The position numbers and the translations under genes are program-made. The notes beneath the pieces are model-generated. The model had not been told where the DNA came from and did no database searches. It worked only from the letters and a program-made list of their open reading frames with translations. A stretch of 64,000 nucleotides of DNA from a candidate division FCPU426 bacterium (GTDB lineage: Bacteria; Oederibacteriota; Muellerivitia; Muellerivitales; Muellerivitaceae). The DNA lies in NCBI GenBank assembly GCA_963796105.1, contig CAWCKJ010000004.1:672001-736000 (forward strand). Reading direction: 5' to 3'. This document shows positions 29,277 through 40,382 of the stretch, piece by piece (the stretch's first letter is position 1; each line of letters begins with the position of its first letter).

Positions 29277-29569
29277 TTTTTATCACCCGTTAAATATTTT
29301 TTGTTCCCAACTAAAAGAAGTGAATATCCCATACTTTATAAGTGCTTTTTAAAAACGGTTCAACAAATAAAACCAAGACTGATAGCGAATCAATAATAGG
29401 GGCAAGCACCCCAATGCCTTGAAAATTCCCGTTTTCTAAGTGCATTTTTTGCAATTATTCGAAAATGGCTTCTTCCCAAGCCGTCAAGCTTCACTTGAAA
29501 CACCCAAGGTAATCGCTGAGAATCGGTACCTTAAGGATCACTAGTTCATTTTCGAGGTTGAGAATATCC

Positions 29570-31843
29570 ATGCCTAGCTCCGGAAAAAAATCATTTACCG
29601 TCACGGTCAAGGGAGTGGTGCAAGGAGTGGGTTTCCGCCCCTACGTGTACCGCCTGGCGGAGAGATATAATCTAGCGGGCTGGGTGAAGAATTCCTCCCA
29701 GGGAGCCGAATTGGAAGTTGAGGGCGCCGAGGCGGACCTGGAGGCTTTCCTCCAAGCCCTCCAGAAAGAGGCCCCTCCCGGAGCCATTCTCAGGGACCTG
29801 GAAGTCCGGCGGGGCGGGCCAAAGGGCTTTTCTGGTTTTGAAATCCTTCAAAGCCGGGAGGAAGGCGGAAAGGAAGCCTGGATCCTCCCCGACTTGGCCT
29901 CCTGCCCCGAGTGCCTGGCGGAGCTGTTTGATCCCAAAGACCGGCGCTACCGCTATCCTTTCCTCAATTGCACCCACTGCGGGCCCCGCTTTTCCATCAT
30001 CGAGAGCCTTCCCTATGACCGTCCCCATACCACCATGAAGGTTTTCCCCCTCTGCGGGGATTGTCGGAAAGAGTACGAGGACCCCAAAAACCGGCGCTTC
30101 CACGCCCAACCCACCGCCTGCCCCCAATGCGGGCCTTTGGCCTCTATATATAGTAATGATGGAACATACCAAGGGGAGGGGGAGAAAGCCCTCCAACTCT
30201 CTATTCAAACCTTAAAAGACGGGAAAATATTGGCGGTCAAAGGCCTGGGCGGATACCACCTTTTGTGCGACGCGCGGAACGAACAAACCATCCAGGAGCT
30301 TAGGCGCAGGAAAAAACGGGAGGAAAAACCGCTTGCCCTCATGGCCCCCAGCCTGGAATGGATTAAAAAAGCCTGCGAAGTTTCCCCTGAGGAGGAAAAG
30401 CTTCTGGTTTCCCCCCAGGCACCCATCGTCCTGTTGAGGAAGAAGCCTGAAACCGATATCGCTGGGTCTGTTGCTCCCGGCAACCCCTACCTGGGCGTCA
30501 TGCTTCCCTACGCCCCCCTGCACCACCTGTTATTGAGGGATTTTGGATACCCGGTCGTGGCCACCAGCGGAAACCTCTCGGACGAGCCCATTTGCGTCGA
30601 CGAGCCGGAGGCGTTCGAGCGCCTCGGCGGCATCGCGGATTTTTTCCTGGCCCACAACCGGCCCATCGCCAGGCCCGTGGACGACTCGGTCTGCCGGATT
30701 TTGCTGGGAGAACCCCAGGTTCTTCGGCGGGCCCGGGGCTACGCCCCCCTGCCGGTGGAAATAGCTTTTACCGGAAAACCCCTCTTGGCTTTCGGCGCCC
30801 ACCTGAAAAACACCGCGGCCCTTTATGAGAACGGCAAGGTTTTCCTGAGCCAGCACATCGGCGACCTCGACACTCCCGAGGCCCTGGCCCACTTTTCCCG
30901 CGTCGTGTCGGACCTTCCCCGCCTTTATGAGGTGGACCCTCCCCGCGTGGCTTGCGACCTGCATCCCGATTACGCCTCTACCCAGATGGCCGAGAAAACC
31001 GGCAAGACCCTGCAAAGGGTCCAGCACCACATAGCCCATATCTTCGCCTGCGCCGCCGAGAACCAATTATCCCCCCCTTTCCTGGGAGTGGTTTGGGACG
31101 GGGCAGGCCTGGGCGAGGACAACAGCATCTGGGGAGGCGAGTTCTTCAGGGTGGAAAATTCACAGGTCAAAAGGGTGGGCAGGCTCCTTCCCTTCCTATT
31201 GTTAGGTGGCGATAAGGCTGCATTGGAACCCCGGCGGTCCGCCCTGGGGGTTCTTTATGAAATTTTCGGGAAGGAAGTCTTTGACAAGAAAAACCTTCCG
31301 TTGTTGGGCCTTTTCACCGAGCCGGAATTGAAGCTCTTGAAATCCATGGCTGAGAAGGGACTCAATACCCCCAGAACCTCCAGCGCAGGGCGTTTGTTTG
31401 ACGCGGCGGCTTCCCTGACAGAACTTTGCCAAATTTCCCGTTTCGAGGGCCAAGCCGCCATGAAAATGGAGTTCGCCCTGCCTTTAGAACCTGGCCCCAG
31501 GACTTATCCCCTGGAATTCCAGGAAGGCGGAAAACTTTGGGAATTGGATTGGCGCCCTTTGATCCGGCAGCTTGTGAAGGAAGCCGCGTCGGGAATTCCC
31601 GCGGCGGAGCTCTCAACAGGCTTCCATAATGGGCTTGCGGAGGGTATTGTGAAGGCGGCCCGCCGGGAGGGTTTGGAGCGGGTGGTCCTTTCCGGGGGCT
31701 GTTTCCAGAATAAATACCTCTCGACCCAGGTCATTCAGGAATTGAAAAGCGCGGGTTTCCAGCCCTATTGGCACAAGCAAACGCCTCCCAACGACGGGGG
31801 AATCGCGCTGGGCCAGGCCGCTTACACGCTTTGGAAAGGTTGA
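29570..31843 (+). CDS. hypF: Hydrogenase maturation carbamoyltransferase HypF
   Basis: GVVQGVGFRP acylphosphatase domain, two Zn fingers (CPEC/CTHC; CGDC/CPQC), DLHPDY, QHHIAH, PPNDGGIALGQ. Confidence 0.97.
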   Translation: MPSSGKKSFTVTVKGVVQGVGFRPYVYRLAERYNLAGWVKNSSQGAELEVEGAEADLEAFLQALQKEAPPGAILRDLEVRRGGPKGFSGFEILQSREEGGKEAWILPDLASCPECLAELFDPKDRRYRYPFLNCTHCGPRFSIIESLPYDRPHTTMKVFPLCGDCRKEYEDPKNRRFHAQPTACPQCGPLASIYSNDGTYQGEGEKALQLSIQTLKDGKILAVKGLGGYHLLCDARNEQTIQELRRRKKREEKPLALMAPSLEWIKKACEVSPEEEKLLVSPQAPIVLLRKKPETDIAGSVAPGNPYLGVMLPYAPLHHLLLRDFGYPVVATSGNLSDEPICVDEPEAFERLGGIADFFLAHNRPIARPVDDSVCRILLGEPQVLRRARGYAPLPVEIAFTGKPLLAFGAHLKNTAALYENGKVFLSQHIGDLDTPEALAHFSRVVSDLPRLYEVDPPRVACDLHPDYASTQMAEKTGKTLQRVQHHIAHIFACAAENQLSPPFLGVVWDGAGLGEDNSIWGGEFFRVENSQVKRVGRLLPFLLLGGDKAALEPRRSALGVLYEIFGKEVFDKKNLPLLGLFTEPELKLLKSMAEKGLNTPRTSSAGRLFDAAASLTELCQISRFEGQAAMKMEFALPLEPGPRTYPLEFQEGGKLWELDWRPLIRQLVKEAASGIPAAELSTGFHNGLAEGIVKAARREGLERVVLSGGCFQNKYLSTQVIQELKSAGFQPYWHKQTPPNDGGIALGQAAYTLWKG

Positions 31844-31847
31844 AACC

Positions 31848-32096
31848 ATGTGTCTCGCCATGCCGGGGAAAATAGTCAGCATCCAGGGCCAGGATAACCT
31901 GGGCCTCCGCGCTAAAGTGGATTTCGGGGGGGTGCTCAAGGAAATTTCCCTGGCTTGCCTGCCGGACGCCAAGGTGGGCGAGTACGTGATCGTTCACGTG
32001 GGCATCGCGCTGAGCAAACTGGATGAGGAAGAGGCCACCCGGACCCTGGAGCTTTTTTCCGAGATGTCCAAGCTGGAACTCCAAGAAGGCGCATGA
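31848..32096 (+). CDS. hypC: HypC chaperone
   Basis: MCLAMPGKI...YVIVHVG. Confidence 0.97.
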   Translation: MCLAMPGKIVSIQGQDNLGLRAKVDFGGVLKEISLACLPDAKVGEYVIVHVGIALSKLDEEEATRTLELFSEMSKLELQEGA

Positions 32097-32169
32097 CCAC
32101 CAACTTCGGCATTAATCCTTAAAAACCGGCAACGATTCAACAGCCTTCTTCTCGGTCCGATCCCTAGTT

Positions 32170-35100
32170 TTATCCCCTCCTAGCCTGCTTCTTTTTGGCC
32201 CTGCGCCTCGCCGCCCGGCTTCTTTGCGATCCCGGCCTGGGTTTCATTTGAAGGGCGGCCTTTCTATTTTTTCCCTTTCGTTTTCGTGCCGCGGCGGATT
32301 TTCGGAAAGAAACCCATCTCATGGCCGCTTCCTCCAGGTTCCCGGTCTTGCCCCATTCCCTGGCTCCCTCGATTTCCTCGGGTGAAAAATGCGGTTCAAT
32401 TTCTTGGATCAAAGCCGTAATCATATCCCTGGTCTGCTGGCGGCACAGGGGATGGCCGAAGGCCAGCATATACAAACCAATGGCATCTCTCTCTTCCCCC
32501 TTAAGCTGAAAAATCCGTCCCATGGCAACAACCGCATCCGCGAGAAAAGGCTTGTGATTACCCCGGATCGCGATTTGGATGACATGGGAAAGATGATCTT
32601 CCGCTTGCTTTAACTCACCGAGGCGGGTGGAAATTTCCCCTAATTTGAGCAAGGTGCCCATCAAGCCAATATCGTCCTGAAGGCGTTCAAAACACGTCCG
32701 GCTTTTTAAATAACATTTTCTCGCCTGTTTCAAATGGCCGCGGTAACAAGCCAAATCCCCCAGATGGAATTGATACCAGGCGATGTTCTGGGTCAATGGG
32801 CCCACTTTTTCCAGGAGGGAATAGGCTTTCTTGTAATTACTTTCGGCTTGGCGGTCATTTTGATATTCCAAAGCCAGGTTGCCGTGCAGGTCTAAGGCCC
32901 AGGCCTGGCCCCTGAAATCCCCCACCAAGCGGAAAAGACCCAGGCCTTTCTCCAGAAAGCCGGCGGCTTCCGGATAATTTCCCTCTTGCCAGCAAATCAT
33001 TCCTAACTGGGTCACGGCGATGGCCACACCCATTCTGTCGCTGATTCCATCGGAAATACCCATGGCCTGCTGGTACAACGCAAAGGCGCCTTTATAATCC
33101 CCTGCCTTGTCCGCCACATTGCCCAGATTCACCAAGCACCAGCCGATTCCCCTTTGGTCTTCCGTTTCCACGTAGATGGACAAGGCTTTTTGATAGCTTT
33201 CTTTACCCTCTTTAAAACGCCTCAAATTGCACAAGACCTCCCCAAAAACGTTGTAGGCGAAGGCCATGGCCCGCCGGTCCCGGTTCGCTCTCGAGTACCT
33301 CAGGCTTTGCAGGACCAGGGTCCTGGCTTTTTTAAATTCCCCCATGCGGCAGGCGAGGAATCCCAGGCGGTTGAGAGCCAGGGAAATTCCCGGTTTATCA
33401 TTGGCCTTGCGGCAAGAGGCCAGGCTTTTCGCATAAAGGGTCATGGCTTTTTCATAATGGCCCTCCCTTTCTGTGACAAAACCCAGTTCACACAAGGAAA
33501 AGCCGGCTTCCCGGATGCCGGAAACAGAGGACAACAAACTGAGATTTTCCTCAAACAGTTTTCGGGCGTTTTTGAGGTTCCCTAAATCCCTCTCGAAGGA
33601 TGCCCACCGTGAAATGAGCCTGGCCAAAAGAAGGGTATAGGGCTTGGGGCGCGGGGAGGATTCTGGATATTTCTCCCTCAGGGTTTGAACTGCGGCTTTC
33701 ATAAGATCCCGGCCCTGCTCGAACTGCCCTTTGATCTCGTAAATGACACAGAAGCCCTTCATGAGCTGGTTAATCTCCTTTTTTTCGCAGGTTCGAACAG
33801 CCCGATTCCAGGCTTCCTGGAGATTTCCCAATTCTTCCACCAATTCTTCCTGGGCCTCTTTTTCTTTTGGGCCGTACAAAGCCTTTTCCCTGGCTTGGAG
33901 GAAGGACGCGAAATAACCGCAATGGGTATCCAGGATTTTTTCGCCCTCGGCGGGATTTTCGAACAATTTTTCCTTGGCGTAAAACTTGATAAGCTCATGG
34001 AGGTCAAAACGTCTTTTCACTTGCCGGGTCAGCAACGATTTGTTTTCCAGTTGTTCGAGAACCGCCAGGGTGGCGCCCGCCACCGAGCGCGCCGCCTGGA
34101 TGTCGAACCCGCCCTTGAAAGAGGAAAGGGCCTTGAGAACCTTTTTTTGCGGCTCGCTGAGAAGGATCCAGGAATACTCGAATACGGCCCTCAAGGAACG
34201 GTGCCGCGGGGAAAAATCGGGCATGGAAGTCGCCAGGAAATCCTTGCTGGTCGTGATTTTTTCGGCTATTTCCGAAAGGGGGTGGATTCCCACCCAGGTG
34301 GAAGAAAGCTCCAGTCCTAAGGGCATGCCTTCCAGGACCCGGCAGATGTCCAGCATCCCCTGCCGCTCCCCAGGGATGAGAACAAAGTCGGGTTTGGCCC
34401 TTCGGGCGCGCATGAGGAAAAATTGGATGGCGCTGTAGGCTTCCATATCCGGGGTGTCCGGGTCCTCGGGAAAACGCAGGCCTTTCACCTCAAACGTCTT
34501 TCCTTCCGCCGCTCTCAGGGGTTCCCGGCTGGTCACGAGGATTTTCACTCCCGGCGCGGCCTTGAGGATGTCCGAAACCAGTGAGCCCCCTTCAATGATG
34601 TGCTCGAAATTATCCATGACGAGAAGCATTTTCTTGTCTTTCAGGTGGTTCAGAAGCTGGGTCTTGGAATCTTCAATGCCGGTGAAGAAAAATTTCAGGA
34701 CCCCGGCGATGTTTCCCACGATCATCTGGTCGGACAATAAGGGCGCCAGCACCACCATGTAAACGCCGTTCGCGAAACGACCCACCAGTTCCGCGGCGGC
34801 CTGCAAGGCCAGTCGGGTCTTGCCATACCCTCCCGGCCCCGCGAGGGTCAACAACCGGATGGAAGGGTCCTTCAGCAAGCCGGTCATTTCGGCGATTTCC
34901 TCCTCGCGGCCGAAAAAGGGGGACGCTTGAGGAAGAAGATTTTGCGGGTATTGATTAAGGGCCCGCAATGGCGGAAGCGTTTCTTTTTGAAGGTCCGGAT
35001 GCTCCAAGGCATAGACGCTGGAAGGTTCGCTCAAGTCCTTCAGGAACTGGGGACCCAGGTCGAGGAGCCGCGCCTCGGGGGGCAATGGCACGAAATGCAC

Positions 35101-35481
35101 CGCCGGCACAGTCATGAGGATTTGCCCGCCCCAGGCCGCCTCCAGGAGAACCCTGGTGTGGGTGACCCCGGGTCCCACGTAATCCTGGCCGAATGCCTCG
35201 GCTTCCCCCGAGTGCAGCGCCACGCGAAGCCCGGCTTTTTGGTAATCGCCCCAAAGGTGTTTTTGGAATTCCTTTTGCAGGTCCAGGGCGGCCCGGGCGG
35301 AGTCCTCTTCCTTGAATAGGCTGTACAAGCCGTCCGGGGTTCGTTTAGTCCAAGTGGCTTTATGGGACGAAAGGATTTCCTCAATGAGGTATATTTGGCA
35401 GGAGATGACGTTGTCGGCTGAGGGAGAGCCCCGTTGTTCGTATAGGGCCGGATGGTCGATTTTAGTGAAAAGAAAAATCAT
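32170..35481 (-). CDS. Degenerate class III cyclase-like domain + STAND (NB-ARC-like) ATPase + TPR repeats
   Basis: LRVALHSGE, GGQIL; Walker A GPGGYGKT, Walker B LLVMDNFEH, TSRE, GMPLGLEL; many TPRs; basic tail. Confidence 0.88.
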   Translation of the reverse strand: MIFLFTKIDHPALYEQRGSPSADNVISCQIYLIEEILSSHKATWTKRTPDGLYSLFKEEDSARAALDLQKEFQKHLWGDYQKAGLRVALHSGEAEAFGQDYVGPGVTHTRVLLEAAWGGQILMTVPAVHFVPLPPEARLLDLGPQFLKDLSEPSSVYALEHPDLQKETLPPLRALNQYPQNLLPQASPFFGREEEIAEMTGLLKDPSIRLLTLAGPGGYGKTRLALQAAAELVGRFANGVYMVVLAPLLSDQMIVGNIAGVLKFFFTGIEDSKTQLLNHLKDKKMLLVMDNFEHIIEGGSLVSDILKAAPGVKILVTSREPLRAAEGKTFEVKGLRFPEDPDTPDMEAYSAIQFFLMRARRAKPDFVLIPGERQGMLDICRVLEGMPLGLELSSTWVGIHPLSEIAEKITTSKDFLATSMPDFSPRHRSLRAVFEYSWILLSEPQKKVLKALSSFKGGFDIQAARSVAGATLAVLEQLENKSLLTRQVKRRFDLHELIKFYAKEKLFENPAEGEKILDTHCGYFASFLQAREKALYGPKEKEAQEELVEELGNLQEAWNRAVRTCEKKEINQLMKGFCVIYEIKGQFEQGRDLMKAAVQTLREKYPESSPRPKPYTLLLARLISRWASFERDLGNLKNARKLFEENLSLLSSVSGIREAGFSLCELGFVTEREGHYEKAMTLYAKSLASCRKANDKPGISLALNRLGFLACRMGEFKKARTLVLQSLRYSRANRDRRAMAFAYNVFGEVLCNLRRFKEGKESYQKALSIYVETEDQRGIGWCLVNLGNVADKAGDYKGAFALYQQAMGISDGISDRMGVAIAVTQLGMICWQEGNYPEAAGFLEKGLGLFRLVGDFRGQAWALDLHGNLALEYQNDRQAESNYKKAYSLLEKVGPLTQNIAWYQFHLGDLACYRGHLKQARKCYLKSRTCFERLQDDIGLMGTLLKLGEISTRLGELKQAEDHLSHVIQIAIRGNHKPFLADAVVAMGRIFQLKGEERDAIGLYMLAFGHPLCRQQTRDMITALIQEIEPHFSPEEIEGAREWGKTGNLEEAAMRWVSFRKSAAARKRKGKNRKAALQMKPRPGSQRSRAARRRAKKKQARRG

Positions 35482-35674
35482 CCGGTGTTGCCCCTTTCCT
35501 TTTCGAGTGGCTAAAGCGGGTTACAACACCATACATTATACCTTCCTTTGTTTGACGATATTGGACCCCGTTTCGTGAGTTTAACAAACTTCTCATGCGT
35601 TTTATTTAGGTTGTAACCTCTGTTGGTCGCTTATTAAAAGTTTTTCAGAGGTTTCAGGTTGTTATAATCCACAG

Positions 35675-37585
35675 ATGATTTCCAACCCCTCCCGCTACCC
35701 GGACAGCCCGGCAAATACCAAATCACCCTCATCCTGGTCCGAACCCTGGCTTTATCCCCTCCTGGCCTGTTTCCTTTTGGCCCCGCTCCTGGCCTCAAGG
35801 CTTCTATGCGATCCCGACTTGGGTTTTCACCTCCGAGCCGGCCAATGGATTTTGCAAAACCACGCCTTTCCCTCGAAGGACACCTTCACCTACACCGTGA
35901 CTAGCCATGATTACCTCGATATCCATTGGCTTTACCAGGTCCTTCTTTATACTTTCTACCGGCTCGGCGGTTACAGCCTCATTTCCATTTTGAATATCGG
36001 GTTGATAGGTTCGCTATTTTTCCTGACTTACCTGCGCCTCAAGCTGGCCCAAGCCCCGGCCTGGTTATCCGTTATTTTGCTGGCGGCGGTTCTCTTCACC
36101 ACCGAGAACAGGTTCCGGGCCAGGCCCGAGACCCTGAGCTGGGTCCTCTTGAGCCTGACCCTATGGGTCTTGGAGTTAAGGGCCCAGCGCAAGAAGGATC
36201 TTCTTTTCCTTTTGCCGCTCATTCATCTTTTCTGGGCCAACGTGGAGGGCCTTTTTCCCCTCGGCTGGTTCTTGATGGGTCTTTACTGGTTTTCAGCTTT
36301 CATCCAGGACCGCGCGTCGGATAAAAAACTCCTGGTTTATTCCCTGGCTTCGGTGGCGGCCTGCCTGTTAAACCCTTATTTCCTCCGCGGCTGGCTTTTT
36401 CCCCTCACCCTCTGGGCTACCGTGGGAACCTCCAACGTCTTCAAACGCAATATCGACGAGTTCCAGCCGACCTGGGCCTACCTTTCCAACCCCACCCACA
36501 TGATGATCACCTTTTTCTATGAGCTTTTCTTCATCCTCCTTTTGATCCTGATCCTGGCGACTTTTAGGAAAAGGAAAATCCACGAGTACCTCTTGTTCGC
36601 GGTTTTTCTCGCCATATCCCTTGCCGCTTTCCGGAATATCGCCCTTTTCATGATCGCCTGCGCCCCCCTGGCCGCGTTCTCCTTGAGGGATTTGGATTGG
36701 TACCGGTTGACTAAACTTCAGCGGGACTTCCTATCAAAGCCCCTTTGCGCCTGGATTTTAACTGTCATTCTCCTGCTCCTCGGCCTCAGGGTCGCCTCGG
36801 GGGTTTATTACATCCAGGACCGCAGGCCGGAGCATTTTGGAATCGGCTTGGACAAGAAAATCCAGCCGGTCCAAGCCTGCCTGTTCCTCAGCCAAAACAA
36901 GCTGGAGGGCAAAATCCTGAATCAGTTGGGTCTCGGAGGCTGGCTGGATTGGCAGGGACCTCCGGGCAAGACCTTCATCGACGGGCGTTTGGAAACGATG
37001 GGAAGTGAATTTTTCTCGGAATATACCGCCTCCTTGGGCCCTGGGAAGCTGGGGCCGCTCCTGGAAAAATACCAGCCTGAAATCCTGGTCCTGAAACCCC
37101 AGGCTCCCTTCCAATGGATCATGGACCTCCGGCGGATGCAGGATTGGCGTCCGGTTTACCTGGACGGAGTCGCGGTTGTCTTCTTGAAAAAGGGACTCGG
37201 CGATAACATTCCAACATTGGATTACAACAAATTGATGGCGGATAACGGCATCAACAAGGACCTGATGACCGAGGCGCCCTCCCTGATCCAATTGCCTTCG
37301 TATCCCATCTGGAAAAGTTTCCGGGATCATTTCACGGGAGTCCCGCCTTATCCCTTCGGCCTTTACAACATGGGCTTCTTTTTTACCGTTTACACCGGCC
37401 AAACAGGGATGGCGGAGCCCCTTTTCCTGGAGGCCATCCGCCGCACTTCCGGAAAATATCCAGAGTTTTATTACTACCTCGGCGGGATTTATTACTCCTC
37501 CAAAAGGTTCAACGAGGCGTCTCTCTGTATGAAACATGTTCCAGGGGAAAACCCCAAACAGCTGCAAATGGGGTCGGGCCAGTAA
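35675..37585 (+). CDS. Polytopic membrane protein (GT-C glycosyltransferase-like) with C-terminal TPR
   Basis: DPDLGFHLRAG, RPE, WANVEG, LLNPY, FIDGR motifs; about 11 hydrophobic segments. Confidence 0.7.
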   Translation: MISNPSRYPDSPANTKSPSSWSEPWLYPLLACFLLAPLLASRLLCDPDLGFHLRAGQWILQNHAFPSKDTFTYTVTSHDYLDIHWLYQVLLYTFYRLGGYSLISILNIGLIGSLFFLTYLRLKLAQAPAWLSVILLAAVLFTTENRFRARPETLSWVLLSLTLWVLELRAQRKKDLLFLLPLIHLFWANVEGLFPLGWFLMGLYWFSAFIQDRASDKKLLVYSLASVAACLLNPYFLRGWLFPLTLWATVGTSNVFKRNIDEFQPTWAYLSNPTHMMITFFYELFFILLLILILATFRKRKIHEYLLFAVFLAISLAAFRNIALFMIACAPLAAFSLRDLDWYRLTKLQRDFLSKPLCAWILTVILLLLGLRVASGVYYIQDRRPEHFGIGLDKKIQPVQACLFLSQNKLEGKILNQLGLGGWLDWQGPPGKTFIDGRLETMGSEFFSEYTASLGPGKLGPLLEKYQPEILVLKPQAPFQWIMDLRRMQDWRPVYLDGVAVVFLKKGLGDNIPTLDYNKLMADNGINKDLMTEAPSLIQLPSYPIWKSFRDHFTGVPPYPFGLYNMGFFFTVYTGQTGMAEPLFLEAIRRTSGKYPEFYYYLGGIYYSSKRFNEASLCMKHVPGENPKQLQMGSGQ

Positions 37586-37697
37586 ATTGCTTTTGGATAC
37601 CCTCAGGACCCATTTGGGGTGTGGTATTTCAAGCCTCCGGCGTGGAATAATGCAGGTGCAAATGAATCCCTCAAAGGACAAACCAGTCAGGTGACTC

Positions 37698-38804
37698 ATG
37701 AAATACATCGATGAATACCGGGACGGTGCCCAGGCCAGGAAATGGCAGGACGCCATCGCGCAAACCGTCAAGCGGCCTTGGACTATCATGGAAGTATGCG
37801 GGGGTCAAACCCACTCCATCGTGAAATACGGCCTGGAGGACCTCTTGCCCAAGGGGATCGAGCTCGTGCACGGTCCGGGATGCCCGGTCTGCGTCACGCC
37901 CATGGACGTGCTGGACACTGCTGTTGCCATCGCCTCCCTTCCGGAAGTGATCTTCTGCTCATTCGGGGACATGCTGAGGGTTCCTGGCACCTCCAAGGAC
38001 CTCCTGTCGGTCAAGGCCGAGGGCGGGGACGTGCGCATCGTTTATTCCCCCTTGGACGCGGTGAACCTGGCCGCGAAAAATCCCGGACGCCAAGTGGTTT
38101 TTTTCGCAGTGGGATTCGAGACCACCGCTCCCGCCAACGCGCTTTCCGTGCTCCAGGCCAAGGCCCGGGCCCTGGAAAATTACTCGCTTTTAACTTCCCA
38201 GGTCCGGGTGCCCCCAGCCCTGGAAGCCATTCTTTCCTCGTCCCAAAACCGCATCCAGGGTTTCCTGGCGGCAGGCCACGTCTGCACCGTGATGGGTACG
38301 GGCGAGTATCCTCCCATCTGCGCCAAATACCACGTTCCCATTGTCGTGACCGGATTCGAACCCGTGGATATCCTCCAGGGCGTTTATATGTGCCTCAAGC
38401 AGTTGGAAGAGGGACGCTTCGAGGTGGAAAACCAGTACAGCCGCTCGGTGAGGCCCGAAGGCAACCCCCAGGCGCGCAAGATGATGGAGGAAGTGTTCGA
38501 GATCGGCCCGAAGAATTGGCGGGGCATCGGCTGGATCCCGGAAAGCGGGCTGGCCCTGAACAAGTCCTTCGCCCCCTTCGACGCCCTGCGGCGTTTCAAC
38601 GTGAAGGTGGAGGAATCCCATGAGTCCAAGGAATGCATCAGCGGTCAGATTCTCCAGGGTTTGAAAAAACCGCCCCAATGCCCGGCTTTCGGGGTGCGCT
38701 GCACCCCGGAGCGGCCCCTGGGAGCCCCCATGGTTTCCTCCGAGGGCGCCTGCTCGGCCTATTACCAATACCGCCGGGCCGAACCGGCGGATAACATTTC
38801 ATAG
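37698..38804 (+). CDS. hypD: Hydrogenase formation protein HypD
   Basis: [31 protein letters not shown]. Confidence 0.97.
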   Translation: MKYIDEYRDGAQARKWQDAIAQTVKRPWTIMEVCGGQTHSIVKYGLEDLLPKGIELVHGPGCPVCVTPMDVLDTAVAIASLPEVIFCSFGDMLRVPGTSKDLLSVKAEGGDVRIVYSPLDAVNLAAKNPGRQVVFFAVGFETTAPANALSVLQAKARALENYSLLTSQVRVPPALEAILSSSQNRIQGFLAAGHVCTVMGTGEYPPICAKYHVPIVVTGFEPVDILQGVYMCLKQLEEGRFEVENQYSRSVRPEGNPQARKMMEEVFEIGPKNWRGIGWIPESGLALNKSFAPFDALRRFNVKVEESHESKECISGQILQGLKKPPQCPAFGVRCTPERPLGAPMVSSEGACSAYYQYRRAEPADNIS

Positions 38805-38855
38805 TTGGTTCTTTTTCGGATTTTTAATTAAGTCGCTTTAACCTATTATTCAAGA

Positions 38856-39085
38856 TGTCATTGCGACGAGTTGCCGCCGAATAGGCGGCTGGTAACGAGG
38901 AAGCAACCTCAGTTTAGATAAGCCAAATGTGTAACCTAAATCGAACAACGAACTGGGGTCGCCATGCCGACTTTCCATTATATTTTTGAAGGACGTTGGT
39001 ATTGTCCCGATATCCTATTATGGTTCATAGGATAATCGGGACACGTCGCAAACCGCTCCGATTTGGGCTGCTTCTCGCGATGACA
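38856..39085. repeat. TGTCATTGCGA...TCGCGATGACA-bounded palindromic element
   Basis: Terminal inverted repeats at 38856-38866 and 39075-39085; internal GAAGCAACCTC and hairpin TGTCCCGAT...ATCGGGACA. Confidence 0.7.
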
Positions 39086-39130
39086 AATTTAAAATTATTG
39101 AAAAATATTTTCATTCTAAAAAGGAAACAA

Positions 39131-40183
39131 ATGGTTCCAATCGATTTCCAACTAAACTGTCCCCTCCCCTTCAACGGCTACGACCGCGTCCTCTTGGCGC
39201 ACGGCGGGGGGGGGCGCCTGACCCAGGATTTGATCGAGAAATTTTTCATGCCGGCCTTCGGCAACGGCCCCCTCAACAAACGCCATGACGCCTCGGTCAT
39301 GGATCTCCCCGCCGGCCCCGTGGCCATGACCACCGATTCCTACGTGGTGAAACCCCTGTTTTTCCCCGGTGGGGACATCGGCAAGCTCGCGGTCACTGGC
39401 ACTGTCAATGACTTGTCCATGGCAGGCGCCAAACCCCTTTACTTGAGCGCGGGCTTCATCCTGGAGGAAGGCCTGCCCCTGGAAACCCTTTGGAAGATCG
39501 TCTTATCCATGAAAAAAGCGGCTGAAGAGGCCGGTGTTTCCATCGTCACAGGCGACACAAAGGTGGTGGACAAGGGCAAGGGGGACGGGGTCTTCATCAA
39601 CACTTCCGGGGTGGGCGTGACGAAGCCCGGCCTGGACATCTCCCCTTCCTCGGTAAAACCCGGGGATGTTGTCCTTTTAAGCGGGGATGTGGGGCGCCAC
39701 GGCATCGCCATCATGGCCGCGAGGGAAGGGCTGGACTTCGAGACGAAGCTAGAGAGCGACTGCGCCTTCCTGCATAAGCCGGTCCTTGACCTGCTGGAAG
39801 CCGGGGTGAAAGTCCATTGCCTAAGGGATCTCACAAGGGGCGGTTTGGCCTCAGCCTTGAATGAGATTGCCCAGAGCTCGGGCCATCCCATGCTGGTGAC
39901 GGAAGAGGAAATTCCCGTGATCGAGGAAGTCAAAGCCGCCTGCGAAGTCCTGGGCCTCGACGCCTTCTACGTGGCCAACGAGGGCCGGTTCGTGGCGATC
40001 CTTCCCGAGGAGGAAGACTTGAAAGCACTGGACATCCTCCGCAAACACGAGGTCAGCCGCGGAGCCCGCATGATCGGCAGAGTCCTTCCTGATGCCGGAA
40101 AATCGGTCCGTTTGAAAAGCCGCACCGGGGCTGTTCGCATCATGGACCTCCTCAGCGGAGAGCAGCTTCCCCGGATATGTTGA
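39131..40183 (+). CDS. hypE: Hydrogenase maturation protein HypE
   Basis: LAHGGGG, TTDSYVV, GDTKVV, RDLTRGG, C-terminal LPRIC; AAGGA RBS supports 39131. Confidence 0.97.
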   Translation: MVPIDFQLNCPLPFNGYDRVLLAHGGGGRLTQDLIEKFFMPAFGNGPLNKRHDASVMDLPAGPVAMTTDSYVVKPLFFPGGDIGKLAVTGTVNDLSMAGAKPLYLSAGFILEEGLPLETLWKIVLSMKKAAEEAGVSIVTGDTKVVDKGKGDGVFINTSGVGVTKPGLDISPSSVKPGDVVLLSGDVGRHGIAIMAAREGLDFETKLESDCAFLHKPVLDLLEAGVKVHCLRDLTRGGLASALNEIAQSSGHPMLVTEEEIPVIEEVKAACEVLGLDAFYVANEGRFVAILPEEEDLKALDILRKHEVSRGARMIGRVLPDAGKSVRLKSRTGAVRIMDLLSGEQLPRIC

Positions 40184-40382
40184 ATCGGAAATAAAAACCA
40201 CTGGAGAGACGAACCTATTCCGGCTTTTAATTTAGCCTTTAAATTTTGCCATTTTCATGGTTTTAATCCATCCGAATGGGCGATTCCTTGCCCCGGTTGG
40301 CCCTTAAATTCCTTGATTCGTCCGGCATTTGAGGGCAAAATAACCGTCACACAAGTCGGCAATACATCAAGGAGTTGAAAAT

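Noticed and set aside
38996..39130. N-terminal extension of HypE in the ORF track
   Set aside because: It lies within the palindromic element; the RBS and family length favour ATG 39131.
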